A stretch of 31,390 nt of DNA from a virus (lineage: Duplodnaviria > Caudoviricetes), in the IMG/VR virus record IMGVR_UViG_3300043418_000139, positions 1 to 31,390 of that record. One strand, given 5' to 3'. Below, one piece after another: positions 9,177 through 17,783 of the stretch; position 1 is the first letter of the stretch, and every line of letters starts with the position of its first letter. Both the position numbers and the translations under genes were made by a program. The notes under the pieces were generated by a model, which was not told where the DNA came from, did not search any database, and saw only the letters and a program-made list of their open reading frames with translations.

Positions 9177-10160
9177 TCAGGCGGTAGCGGCCACTTCGGC
9201 GCGGATCATCCAGCTGTCGTTCAGGATGACGGCAGTCTGCATGGCCTTCCATGCGACGTGACCACGTTGGGCCAAAGGATCGGAATCCGAAGGCTTGGGG
9301 TTCACGACCATGGGGGTCAGAGCAAACATGCCCTTCAGTGCCACGATGCCGTAGGCGTCGCGACCGACGAACAGCACGGGGTACACGTCAGCGGAGGTGC
9401 CGCTGGTGGACAACATCGTGCCCTTCGCGCCGCCGGCGTCAGCCCATGGCTCGAAGATGGTCGAAGACACGTAGCGCACGTCTTCGCACTTGCCCAGCTC
9501 GTTTTCCCAAGGGGTCATCGTGCCGTACTTTTCAGCAGGAACGAAACCGGTCAGGCCACGCACATCAGCTTCCAGATCGGGGTGGATCAGAGCGACGAAG
9601 CCAGGGGCCACGTTCTCGGTGCCGTAGGAAGGAGTCGAGCGAACGACGGTGGTGATGAAGCGAGTGTTTTGACGCTTCAAGGCACGCACGGCACGGCGCT
9701 GCAGCGTGATGCTGATCGCAGTGTTCACGGCGTTGCGGGCTGCGCCGTTGGCGTACAGCACGTTGGTGCCAGCCTTCAGCACGCCGAAGCGCATCTTCTC
9801 GATCACCTGAGCGGCCTGTTCGCCCAGCAAAGCCACCGACTCGTTCAGAGTTGGGTCTTCGTGGGTGTCCAGGATCACGTCGGAGATCGTCACCTTGTCG
9901 CCGTACTGGACCAAGGTGGCGGTGACGTCGGTCACAGCCAGAGTTTGGCCAGCAGGAGTCACGCCTTCGGTGAGAGCCGTAGGAGTGTTGGGCAGCGCGT
10001 TGTAGCGACGGAACTTGATCACCTTGGTGGAGTGCTCAGGCAGAGCTTTCGCTTGACCGAACTTTTCCAGAACCAGGTAAGGGATGCCGCGCTTCAGCAG
10101 TTCTTTTTCTGCGTAAGCTGCGGTACGGGGCGAAATATCGCCGTAAGAGGTCGAGGCCAT
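9177..10160 (-). CDS. Major capsid protein, N4-gp56 family (327 aa)
   Basis: YGDISPRTA, KFRRY, LTEGVTP, QYGD, HPDLEAD, ELGKCEDVRY, DPLAQRG.VAWK motifs; AAAGGA RBS. Confidence 0.93.
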   Translation of the reverse strand: MASTSYGDISPRTAAYAEKELLKRGIPYLVLEKFGQAKALPEHSTKVIKFRRYNALPNTPTALTEGVTPAGQTLAVTDVTATLVQYGDKVTISDVILDTHEDPTLNESVALLGEQAAQVIEKMRFGVLKAGTNVLYANGAARNAVNTAISITLQRRAVRALKRQNTRFITTVVRSTPSYGTENVAPGFVALIHPDLEADVRGLTGFVPAEKYGTMTPWENELGKCEDVRYVSSTIFEPWADAGGAKGTMLSTSGTSADVYPVLFVGRDAYGIVALKGMFALTPMVVNPKPSDSDPLAQRGHVAWKAMQTAVILNDSWMIRAEVAATA

Positions 10161-10445
10161 TTTGATTTCCTTTCGTTAATGGCAGATTTGAATGCTGTTT
10201 TCACAGCCATTGCGGAGAGGAGCCGATGGACGTTCCCGTGTGCCGTGTGCAGATTCGCAGAATCGTTGTTGGGGCGCCGAGGCGTGTCCCTTGATTCTTC
10301 TCGTCATGCGCGACTGGTATGTCGTGCTCCAAATTGCTGGGTGTTATTTACTGGCGCACCCCGCTACGCCACTCCAAGTTTTTGATTACTCTGTTCTTGG
10401 AAAACAGGGCTGTGAGGCAGAATGGACTGCGCCGGCAGAGGTGTT
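10161..10445 (-). ncRNA. Candidate structured RNA / long capsid 5' leader, 3' part
   Basis: About 285 nt with a run of short hairpins and no convincing gene, e.g. GCUGU-GAAA-ACAGC (10194-10207), UGGCGUA/UGCGCCA, CUGUU/AACAG. Confidence 0.35.
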
Positions 10446-10454
10446 TGTTATAAT
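10446..10454 (+). promoter_or_regulatory. Extended -10 promoter for the HNH gene
   Basis: Perfect TGnTATAAT, with 7 nt between it and ATG 10462. Confidence 0.65.
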
Positions 10455-10461
10455 GTTGCTC

Positions 10462-10959
10462 ATGACAAACACTGACTTGATCGCAGCAGAGCTGCGAAAA
10501 AACTTTCACTTTGACCCCGAGATCGGGGTCTTCACTCGTATTCTTGCCTCGGGCGGAGTCAAGGCTGGCGACATTGCGAGGCCCGGATCTGATGGCTATG
10601 TACGCATCAGGCTGTTGGGCAAGACGTATAAAGCTCACCGTCTTGCCTGGCTCTGGGTGCATGGATGCATGCCAAACGGCGACATCGATCACATCAATGG
10701 AGTCAAGGCAGACAACCGAATCACCAACTTGCGCGAAGCTAGCCGCGCGGTTAACACGGCTAACATTTTCGGCCCCCAGGTCAACAACACCAGCGGGCAC
10801 TTGGGCGTCACTCGATACAAACTCAAGTGGCGGGCCCAAATTTCCGTTAATGGCAAGATGAAATACATCGGCCTGTTTGCCACCCCTGAGGATGCGCATC
10901 GAGCCTATCTGGCCGCCAAGGCGATTCACCATCCATCCTCATTTCTGGTGAATCACTGA
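10462..10959 (+). CDS. HNH homing endonuclease with AP2-like C-terminal domain (165 aa)
   Basis: FDPEIGVF...YKAHRLAW...IDHINGVKADNRITNLR...NTSGHLGV...KWRAQI...YIGLFATPEDAHRAY. Start moved from 10192 to 10462, where family similarity begins. Confidence 0.92.
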   Translation: MTNTDLIAAELRKNFHFDPEIGVFTRILASGGVKAGDIARPGSDGYVRIRLLGKTYKAHRLAWLWVHGCMPNGDIDHINGVKADNRITNLREASRAVNTANIFGPQVNNTSGHLGVTRYKLKWRAQISVNGKMKYIGLFATPEDAHRAYLAAKAIHHPSSFLVNH

Positions 10960-11120
10960 CATCCGGTCTGAGCTCGCCACGTCCGCGGTTGCAGCGAGCT
11001 CGCTACTGTTTCCACGCTTGGTGGATCAGCTGAATTGGTCCCAGTGTCGTAACGCTACCTGGGTCGCAGCGGCCTCCGATGAGGCTCTAGCCTGATGCTT
11101 TCGCAGAGCAGGAACTCGGT
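10960..11120 (-). ncRNA. Candidate structured RNA, 5' part
   Basis: Consecutive hairpins: CCUG..UGC-GAAA-GCA..CAGG, GCCUC-AUCG-GAGGC, CCCAG/CUGGG, UCCAC/GUGGA, GAGCUCGC/GCGAGCUC. Confidence 0.4.
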
Positions 11121-12209
11121 TTAGAAGTCTTTCCAGGCGTCTTCGTAGCCTGCGCTGGCGGCTGGCTGCTCGGGCAACTTCATGCCGGTGGAGCGCACGC
11201 CTTCAGCGGCGTCGAGCTGCTCGTCGGACACTTCGTCGACGATGGACTCGCCCTGAGCTTCGGTCAGCTCGCCGGGTTGTTCCATGCCAGCCTTGGCGCC
11301 TGCTGCATTGGCGGCCTTGAAGTTGTTCAACAGCTTGACGATCTGCTTGGCTGAGCCGTTGCCGAGCACTTGCATGGCCTGCTCTTTGTCGCCTTCAGGC
11401 AATGACTCGATGTAGGTCTTGAACTCTTCGCTGGCGCCGATCTCATTGAAGTCGGGGTGAGCTTCGGCGATTTGCTCGAAGTGAGCCTTGGCCTTGGTGT
11501 CGACGATGTCGCCGATGATCTCGTCGACGGTGCCCTTGAGCTCGCCGATCTTCTCGCTGGCAGCAGCGCCGCCGGCTTCCTTGGCCTTGGCCGTGGCGAT
11601 GGCTTCGATCATCTTCACGAAGTCGTCACCGAAGTCTTCGGCCAGTTGCTTCATGGCCTGCTCGGGAGTGATGGTGCCGTCTTCGACTTGCTCAGCGATC
11701 TGCTCAACCTTCTCTTCGTCGGCTGGGGTGTCGGTGGCGTCGGCGGCTTTCTCGATGGCCTCGCCGACGACTTCTTTTTCCTCTTCAGGAGTGTCGACGC
11801 CGGCAGCTTTGAGCTTGGCTTCCATAGCCTTCAGGCGGCCTTCCCAGCTCTTCAGGCGCTGGACTTCCTTCTCCATGTCGGCGGAAGGAGCCTTGACCTC
11901 GGCGGCGTCGGCATCTTCTTCGGCGGCGGGAGCCTTGGGCATCTCAGCGGCATCCTCGGCGGTCTCGCGGGCCTGTGCGTCTTCGGCTTCCTTCTCGAGG
12001 TCGCCGCCATCGATCACGATTGCGACATCGACCGGCTCGCTGGCCTGGCCTTCGGCGCCATCTTCAGGCTCGTTGTCAGCATCGGCCGGCTTCTCTGGCG
12101 TGATGCCAAAGGCCTCGTCTTCGCTGACTTCCTGCTTGGGAGCGTCGTCCTCATTAAAGGCGGCGCTGTATGCGTCCTGGTCGTCTTTCAGTTGATCTTG
12201 GGTTGCCAT
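11121..12209 (-). CDS. Capsid scaffolding protein (362 aa)
   Basis: Very acidic; coiled coil QRLKSWEGRL; HFEQIAEAHPDF motif; lies between portal and capsid genes; start ATG 12209 after AAAGGA. Confidence 0.8.
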   Translation of the reverse strand: MATQDQLKDDQDAYSAAFNEDDAPKQEVSEDEAFGITPEKPADADNEPEDGAEGQASEPVDVAIVIDGGDLEKEAEDAQARETAEDAAEMPKAPAAEEDADAAEVKAPSADMEKEVQRLKSWEGRLKAMEAKLKAAGVDTPEEEKEVVGEAIEKAADATDTPADEEKVEQIAEQVEDGTITPEQAMKQLAEDFGDDFVKMIEAIATAKAKEAGGAAASEKIGELKGTVDEIIGDIVDTKAKAHFEQIAEAHPDFNEIGASEEFKTYIESLPEGDKEQAMQVLGNGSAKQIVKLLNNFKAANAAGAKAGMEQPGELTEAQGESIVDEVSDEQLDAAEGVRSTGMKLPEQPAASAGYEDAWKDF

Positions 12210-12288
12210 GTGTTTCCTTTCAGTAGGCTTCCGGTTAAGAGCCGGTCGCCCGGCTTTGGCTGTCCTGCTTATCGCAGGGGACAAAGAT

Positions 12289-12531
12289 TCAAACCAGCGG
12301 GAGAGCTGCCTCGCCGCGGATCACAGCCCTGATCGCCAGGGTCTGTTTCAAATGTGCTTGCACTCGCACGAGCTCCTCGATGGAGACGTCGGCGAGCTGT
12401 GACTTGTAGACCTCGGCCAGGTTGGTCAGCATCTGATCAACCATGCGCAGAGGGTCAGAGCCACCGAACTCGGCGACCGAGGCGGTGGACTGCTGCAGAG
12501 CGCGGGTGGCGCGAAGACCTTCGTCTTCCAT
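12289..12531 (-). CDS. Small head-module protein downstream of portal (80 aa)
   Basis: TGATG coupling to the portal stop; position typical of podoviral head modules. Confidence 0.7.
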   Translation of the reverse strand: MEDEGLRATRALQQSTASVAEFGGSDPLRMVDQMLTNLAEVYKSQLADVSIEELVRVQAHLKQTLAIRAVIRGEAALPLV

Positions 12532-14876
12532 CACGCACCCGTCTCAGGCGTTTCGATGCCGCTACGCACGCCGGTCATGCCGGTTGCTGGCTGTGGATTG
12601 CCGTCGCTGGGCATCTGCTGTGGCTGGCCGTCAGCGGGCACGCCAGGCTGCACCGGATTGGTGTTGCCGCGTGGCTCCTGGGCAAACTGCTGGCTGGCGC
12701 CCATCTGCACCATCGTGCCGTCTTCGGCTTGCACCGGACGACTGTTGAGCTCGGCAATGCTTGGGTCGGGTGTGGCGTCCTTCCAGCCAGAGCTGCGCAG
12801 GATCTCGTCGCCGGCCGGAGCAATGGTTGGGTTGCTTGTGGCAACACCACCGGCTTGCAGGGCAGCGTAGACAGCCTCGACGCGCTTGTTGACAGCCTCG
12901 GCCACCAGGAGCTCGATGCTGGCCAGCGTCTGCTGAGCCTTGGCACCGGCGAGCTCGGCGTCGGCCATAGCCTTGGCGGCCTTGCCTTCCATTTCCTTGA
13001 GCATGAGCTGAGCCTGAGCCTGAGCCAGTTGCTGCTGCATCTGGACCTGCGGGCTGTTCATCTCTTGCTGGACTTCTTCCTCGGTCTTGACGACGTCGGT
13101 CAGCTCGTTGGCTTCGGCGCGCAGGCGGTTGAGCTTGTCGCGCTTGATGTACGGAGCGTCCATCGGGTTGGCGGTGAGCTGCGCGAACTCGTTGAGCTGG
13201 CGCGTGCGCACTTCCTTGGCCACCAATGAAGCGGTGCCGCGGGCCTTGACGTCAAAGTCACCCTTGATGCTGTTGTCCTTGTGAAACTGCATGTTCCAGC
13301 GGTACAGCGACTGCAGGAACGGACGGGTCACGCCCTCATCCCAGGCGGTGATCAGGTCCTTGATGACGATGTTGGCCGCGCCCATCAGCATGGACAGGCC
13401 GGAGCTCGTGCCAGCTGCGCCGCTTGAGGCGTTCTCGCCGCTCATGTAGCGCGGGATCGCAGTGACTTCGTCGGCGTTGTTCTCGAAGCGATCGGCCATG
13501 CCGGCCAGGTCGCCCAAGCGGCTTGGCAGCTCGATGGCTTTGACCGCTGGCGTGCCGGGCTGCGCAGTGTTGCGGAACCAGATCTTCCAGGGGTACATCT
13601 CGTCCATGCGGTCGGTGTTCGACAGCAAGCCAGGCGTCACCTCGAGCATCGGGCCAGAGGCGATTGCGCTGTTGTCGAGCATCATCCGGATGGATGCGTT
13701 CAGCATGGTCTGGTCATCGCGCATGATCGCGGCCAGGCCTTCGCCAAAGATCGAGGTTTCGTCCTTGTCGAAGTAGTAGATGTGGTATGGCCAGGTGACG
13801 CCGTTGATTGGCTGCAACACAGCCTTGATCACTTCGCCGTTGGGCAGCAGCCAGACGTTGCTGAAGAAGGTCTCGTGGATGCGGTCTTCAGGAACTTTGA
13901 CGCCGATCTCTTTGAGCTTGGCGCCGTCCAACCAGCCCCAGCGCTCGAGGATCTCGTACTGGTTTTGCTTGTTGCCCTGGTTGGCTGTGCGCTCACCAAT
14001 GATGCGCAGCTCGTTGTCGTAGTAGCGCAGCTTGATCTCACCATCGGGGTGAGACTTGATGTAGTTGACGATCTTCTCTTTGTTGAAGCTCTTGCGCATC
14101 GACAGCTCGACCATGTCGGCCTTGGTCATGCTGTGGCGCTCGTACACGTACTTGCACTGCTCGAGCGTCGTCGCGTTCATGTCGGGATACCAGCGCCAGA
14201 TTGGCACGTAATCCACGAACGGCACGACGTACGACTCGTTCTTGGCGACCCACTTGTTGCCCTCGTGAACGAACGTGGTGCGAACCTTGCGCTCGACCAG
14301 TGGGCCCTTCATGATCCCGGTGCCGTACAGGTGGCCCGAGTGAATGGTCTTGACCGACACGTCCTTGTAGCGGGCTTCCACCAGTTGGTCTTCGATGACC
14401 TTGGACATGCCCTTGGCGGCTTGCTTGACCAGATCCACGAGGAACTTGTTCAGCACCTCTTCGGGAATCGGTTGACCCTGAGCCATTTGATGCAGCTGGT
14501 TCATGGCCTGCTGCTTTTGTTCTTTGGAGACGCTTGGCACCGGAGTGCTGTCGATCTCCCAGTTCTTTTCGCTGCCAGCGGGGAACAGCAGATCAGCCAC
14601 ACGGCTGTCGACGGTCTTCACCTTGACGCGCGTCTTGCGCACAAAGGCCTTGGAGCGGTTGGCACCAATGGCGGCGAGCACTTCTGGGTCGTACTTGCCG
14701 CGGTACTGGCGGATGTCCTGCAGCCAGCGCTCTTCGGTCAGGCGACGGTCCAGCTCGGCACGGGCGAACTCAGCCAGCAGTTCGGTGCCCAGGGCATCGA
14801 GCGCATGCTCAGCGGGTTCGTCACGCATCTGGTCGGCAGCGGCCAGAACGTATTGGTTTTGATCTGATGCGTTCAC
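12531..14876 (-). CDS. Portal protein (781 aa)
   Basis: Size and position; YGTGIMKGP, IFGEGL...D.Q..LNA..RMMLDN, GTSSGLSMLMGAA, GDFDVKARG; Gln-rich C-terminal barrel. Confidence 0.92.
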   Translation of the reverse strand: MNASDQNQYVLAAADQMRDEPAEHALDALGTELLAEFARAELDRRLTEERWLQDIRQYRGKYDPEVLAAIGANRSKAFVRKTRVKVKTVDSRVADLLFPAGSEKNWEIDSTPVPSVSKEQKQQAMNQLHQMAQGQPIPEEVLNKFLVDLVKQAAKGMSKVIEDQLVEARYKDVSVKTIHSGHLYGTGIMKGPLVERKVRTTFVHEGNKWVAKNESYVVPFVDYVPIWRWYPDMNATTLEQCKYVYERHSMTKADMVELSMRKSFNKEKIVNYIKSHPDGEIKLRYYDNELRIIGERTANQGNKQNQYEILERWGWLDGAKLKEIGVKVPEDRIHETFFSNVWLLPNGEVIKAVLQPINGVTWPYHIYYFDKDETSIFGEGLAAIMRDDQTMLNASIRMMLDNSAIASGPMLEVTPGLLSNTDRMDEMYPWKIWFRNTAQPGTPAVKAIELPSRLGDLAGMADRFENNADEVTAIPRYMSGENASSGAAGTSSGLSMLMGAANIVIKDLITAWDEGVTRPFLQSLYRWNMQFHKDNSIKGDFDVKARGTASLVAKEVRTRQLNEFAQLTANPMDAPYIKRDKLNRLRAEANELTDVVKTEEEVQQEMNSPQVQMQQQLAQAQAQLMLKEMEGKAAKAMADAELAGAKAQQTLASIELLVAEAVNKRVEAVYAALQAGGVATSNPTIAPAGDEILRSSGWKDATPDPSIAELNSRPVQAEDGTMVQMGASQQFAQEPRGNTNPVQPGVPADGQPQQMPSDGNPQPATGMTGVRSGIETPETGA

Positions 14877-15241
14877 TTCAGGAATTTCAAGCGGAACATG
14901 GTCTGAGCACAGGTCTCAGACATGTCGTCGATGATCTGCTGCAGGAATGGCTCATCGCACTCAGCGCGAGCACCCTTCAGAGTTTCTTTCACGCTCTTCA
15001 CGAGCTTGATGGGATCCTTCTCGAGCTTGAAGCCGGAAGCGCCGACATCGATCAACTGCTCGTAGCAGCCCATCCAGGACTCAGCAAAGCGGTCGACGTC
15101 GGGGATCAGGCGCTCGTAGAAGGCCTCGAGCGCACGGTGAGCGGCATCACTGCCGGGTTGACCGTTAGGCGTCAGGTGCTGGATGTGCGCAACGGTGCGC
15201 ACGTTGAACAGCTTGAGAACGAATTCGCCAGGGTTTTTCAT
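14873..15241 (-). CDS. Ferritin-like four-helix protein (DUF5856/Dps-like, 122 aa)
   Basis: AHIQHL...AAHRALEAFYE...D.FAE...G and LQQIIDDM...FRLKFLK. Confidence 0.7.
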   Translation of the reverse strand: MKNPGEFVLKLFNVRTVAHIQHLTPNGQPGSDAAHRALEAFYERLIPDVDRFAESWMGCYEQLIDVGASGFKLEKDPIKLVKSVKETLKGARAECDEPFLQQIIDDMSETCAQTMFRLKFLK

Positions 15242-15450
15242 TTGGCTTCGCCCTTCTTGGCGGCTTCGCGGATGGCCTCAGCAGCGGCTGCTGCCTGCTC
15301 CTTCTTGTCGTCCTCGGTGAAGGCGGTGATGTACTCATCCTTCTCGCTGACGTCGGTTTTCTTTTTGGCTGCAGCCACAGCGTTTTCGACCGGGTGGCCT
15401 TCTTCGCCTTCTTTCCAGGCGTCGGTGTATTCGTTGGGCGTATCAGCCAT
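15238..15450 (-). CDS. Small acidic protein (70 aa)
   Basis: AAGGA RBS; ATGA overlap with the next gene. Confidence 0.75.
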   Translation of the reverse strand: MADTPNEYTDAWKEGEEGHPVENAVAAAKKKTDVSEKDEYITAFTEDDKKEQAAAAAEAIREAAKKGEAK

Positions 15451-15459
15451 GGTGTTTCC

Positions 15460-17004
15460 TTAGTAGCCAGCGCTCGTTGGAGCTCTATATCCGGATCCGG
15501 TGCGATAGGCGTTGAGCTCATCAACGCGCTTGCTCACCGGGACTGCGAATGTCAGCGCCAGAGCATCGCCACCGTCTGGTGAGCGAATGCCGCGCTTTTG
15601 CATTTTCTTTTTGCTCTCAAGCAGCTTGCGGCCGCTCGAGTGAATGTCTGGTTGCGGAGCGCAAACGTCGGCAATCAGGGCCGCGTTGTTTGGGATGCGG
15701 CAAGGCTGGTTCGCGAACCATTCCTGCATCAGCCACCACATCTCGGCGCGGATGTTTTCGTAGCGCTCGTGATCACGAGCTCGCTCAGCGTTGTTGACCC
15801 CGATCACCGGCACGTTGGCTTCGATCAGTCGGTCATAGACGCCAGCGCCCAAGCCGCCCTTGTCGACGATGATCCCGTCGGGCTTGTACTGATTCCAGTA
15901 CTCGGTCAGAAGGCCAGCGATTTGCATCGTGTTCTTCTTGTCGTGGTACTCGAGGCGGAAGCAGGTGCGACCCTGGCGGAAGGCAATCGCGGTGCGGTCA
16001 GCATCGCCATCACCGTCGCCGGCTGGGTCGCAGCCGATGATCAGCGGACCCTCGCGCTCACGGTAATCACCGCTCGCCGCTGCCATCACCAGGTTTGGTG
16101 AGATCAGCGGGTTCTGCGTCGAGGTCTTGAACGCCAGGGCAGCAGTGGCTGGGTATTCCTGATCGAACAGCCACTCGTGGCCAGGCCCGTATTCCGAAAT
16201 CTTGTTGGCCCGGAACTGCATCTGCTCCAGGTCAAGCCCATAGGCCTGCTGGTATTCGCGATCCTCAGCCGAGAGCTCGAAGCCCTTGCGCACCACAGCG
16301 CGATACTCGGGCTGCCAGAACCAGGGCACGAAGACAGCGATGTAATCGCCCTCCCCGCGCTCTGCGGCTTGCCACATCGAGTGAAACTGATTGCCCAGAC
16401 CGTTGGCCGTGGACTCGAGAATGATCTCGGTGCCCTGCGACGCAATCGTGTTACCCAGGCCAGCCAGGTGCATCGCTGCGTTGTCCCAGAAGCCGAACTC
16501 GGATCCGTGCAGCAGCTGCGCTGTGTTGCCTCGACCGACGTCCTTCGAGCCTGCGGTGGCCAGCTTGTAGCCGCCGTCGAGCTTGTCGAAGATCAGTTCC
16601 TTGGCGTTGGTCGCCCCGGTGCTGATCGGCATCGGGTTGTTCTCGTGGTAACGCTTGACCATGGCGAACAGGTTGTCCGTCGCCTTTTGCTCGTGCGCCA
16701 CGATGAAGGCCCGCATGCCGAAGCCCATCGTTGTCTTGTGGTAGTAGCGCGCCCCGACGTAAGTCGAGATGCCCTGCTGCCGGCCTTTCAGGACCAGAGC
16801 GCGAACCCGGCCAGTCTCGGCCAGTTGCTGCTCCAGGCGTGAATGCACATAGCGCTGAGCCCGGTTCCACAGGAAGGGGAGCTTTTGCCCGCCTTCTTTG
16901 CCCAGGATCTTCAGGCAGTGCGCCGAGTAGACCTCGAGGTTGCGGCCGAGGAAGCGGAGCTTTTGCTCCTGATCCGATGACAGTGACGTCTGCTGCTCAG
17001 TCAT
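15460..17004 (-). CDS. terL: Terminase large subunit (514 aa)
   Basis: Walker A LKGRQQGISTY, Walker B LHGSE, ESTANG, nuclease IIGCDPAG and RSPDGGDALALTFA. Confidence 0.95.
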   Translation of the reverse strand: MTEQQTSLSSDQEQKLRFLGRNLEVYSAHCLKILGKEGGQKLPFLWNRAQRYVHSRLEQQLAETGRVRALVLKGRQQGISTYVGARYYHKTTMGFGMRAFIVAHEQKATDNLFAMVKRYHENNPMPISTGATNAKELIFDKLDGGYKLATAGSKDVGRGNTAQLLHGSEFGFWDNAAMHLAGLGNTIASQGTEIILESTANGLGNQFHSMWQAAERGEGDYIAVFVPWFWQPEYRAVVRKGFELSAEDREYQQAYGLDLEQMQFRANKISEYGPGHEWLFDQEYPATAALAFKTSTQNPLISPNLVMAAASGDYREREGPLIIGCDPAGDGDGDADRTAIAFRQGRTCFRLEYHDKKNTMQIAGLLTEYWNQYKPDGIIVDKGGLGAGVYDRLIEANVPVIGVNNAERARDHERYENIRAEMWWLMQEWFANQPCRIPNNAALIADVCAPQPDIHSSGRKLLESKKKMQKRGIRSPDGGDALALTFAVPVSKRVDELNAYRTGSGYRAPTSAGY

Positions 17005-17639
17005 CAGTCCTCCGTCAGTTGGACCCGGCGCAGCATCTCCTCGAATTCGCCAGCGGATTTCTTCTCAGCATCCAGGCCAAAAATCTTGCGTTGCAGCGGC
17101 AGGTAAACACCGTGGCTCGCTGCGATCTCCTTGGCCATCTTGACGCGACCAGCCAGGGAGATGATGTATTGGTACAGCTCGTTGTTCTTGTCCGTCTTCC
17201 AGCCGCCATTGGCAGTTGGCCCAGACTCATCGAACGCCTCACCCAAAGCGACCAGCTTGTCGCGGAACTCCGGATCACCCAGCGCGACCAGCTCGCCCAG
17301 TTGGCTGCGACTGTTGTCGATGGCCATCTTGACGTCTTCGCGCTGGATCATGTCCACCGATGCGACAACGTCGGAGTAGACCTCCACGACCTTGGCATCG
17401 GTTAACGCTTGCTCGGTGTTAACCGACTTGTTAACCGCGAGCCTGGTAACCTTCTCTTTTGCTTTCGCCTGAATCTTTTCACTCAGGTCGCGCACCCAGC
17501 CAAACTTCTTTGCACGCTTGGCGATTGCCACATGGGACACCCCACGCTCATCCGCAATCTGACGTAGCGTCTTGAGGCCGGCCCGGTAGTCTTTCTCGAT
17601 CAGCTCCCAGTCGACGTGCTTCTTGTCTGCCTCACTCAT
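17004..17639 (-). CDS. terS: Terminase small subunit (211 aa)
   Basis: DWELIEKDYRAG.K.LRQIA...GVSH.AI.KRAKK.GWVRDL HTH; coupled to terL. Confidence 0.85.
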   Translation of the reverse strand: MSEADKKHVDWELIEKDYRAGLKTLRQIADERGVSHVAIAKRAKKFGWVRDLSEKIQAKAKEKVTRLAVNKSVNTEQALTDAKVVEVYSDVVASVDMIQREDVKMAIDNSRSQLGELVALGDPEFRDKLVALGEAFDESGPTANGGWKTDKNNELYQYIISLAGRVKMAKEIAASHGVYLPLQRKIFGLDAEKKSAGEFEEMLRRVQLTED

Positions 17640-17648
17640 GGTGAGACC

Positions 17649-17780
17649 TTACTGGCAAGCCTCGCAGGCTTCGCCGTCACCCTGGTTGAGTGGGCACACG
17701 GGAGTCAGGGGAGCGTCGGAGTCCAGATCGATCGCGTATCCGCTGCCTTCGGTCTGGGGTTGGTTGTTCTGTTTGTTCAT
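17649..17780 (-). CDS. 43-aa microprotein ending in CEACQ
   Basis: Not in the ORF track. MNKQNNQPQTEGSGYAIDLDSDAPLTPVCPLNQGDGEACEACQ fills the gap between 17784 and terS. Confidence 0.7.
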   Translation of the reverse strand: MNKQNNQPQTEGSGYAIDLDSDAPLTPVCPLNQGDGEACEACQ

Positions 17781-17783
17781 TGC

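Noticed and set aside
10192-10461. 90-aa N-terminal extension of the HNH ORF
   Set aside because: Family similarity starts at about MTNTDL (10462), and a promoter lies immediately before that ATG.
11004-11032. Hammerhead-like CUGAU...GAAAC on the minus strand
   Set aside because: It lacks the CUGAnGA core and has no stems I/III or cleavage triplet; it reads better as a simple bulged hairpin.
10161-11120. Group I intron carrying the HNH
   Set aside because: Both flanking genes are complete, the HNH is antisense to the operon, and I could not find P7 R/S consensus sequences on either strand.
9153-17405. Long plus-strand ORFs opposite the capsid, scaffold, portal and terminase genes (e.g. 9153-10385, 13782-14867)
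   Set aside because: Antisense shadows expected from GC-rich codon bias; no recognisable motifs.
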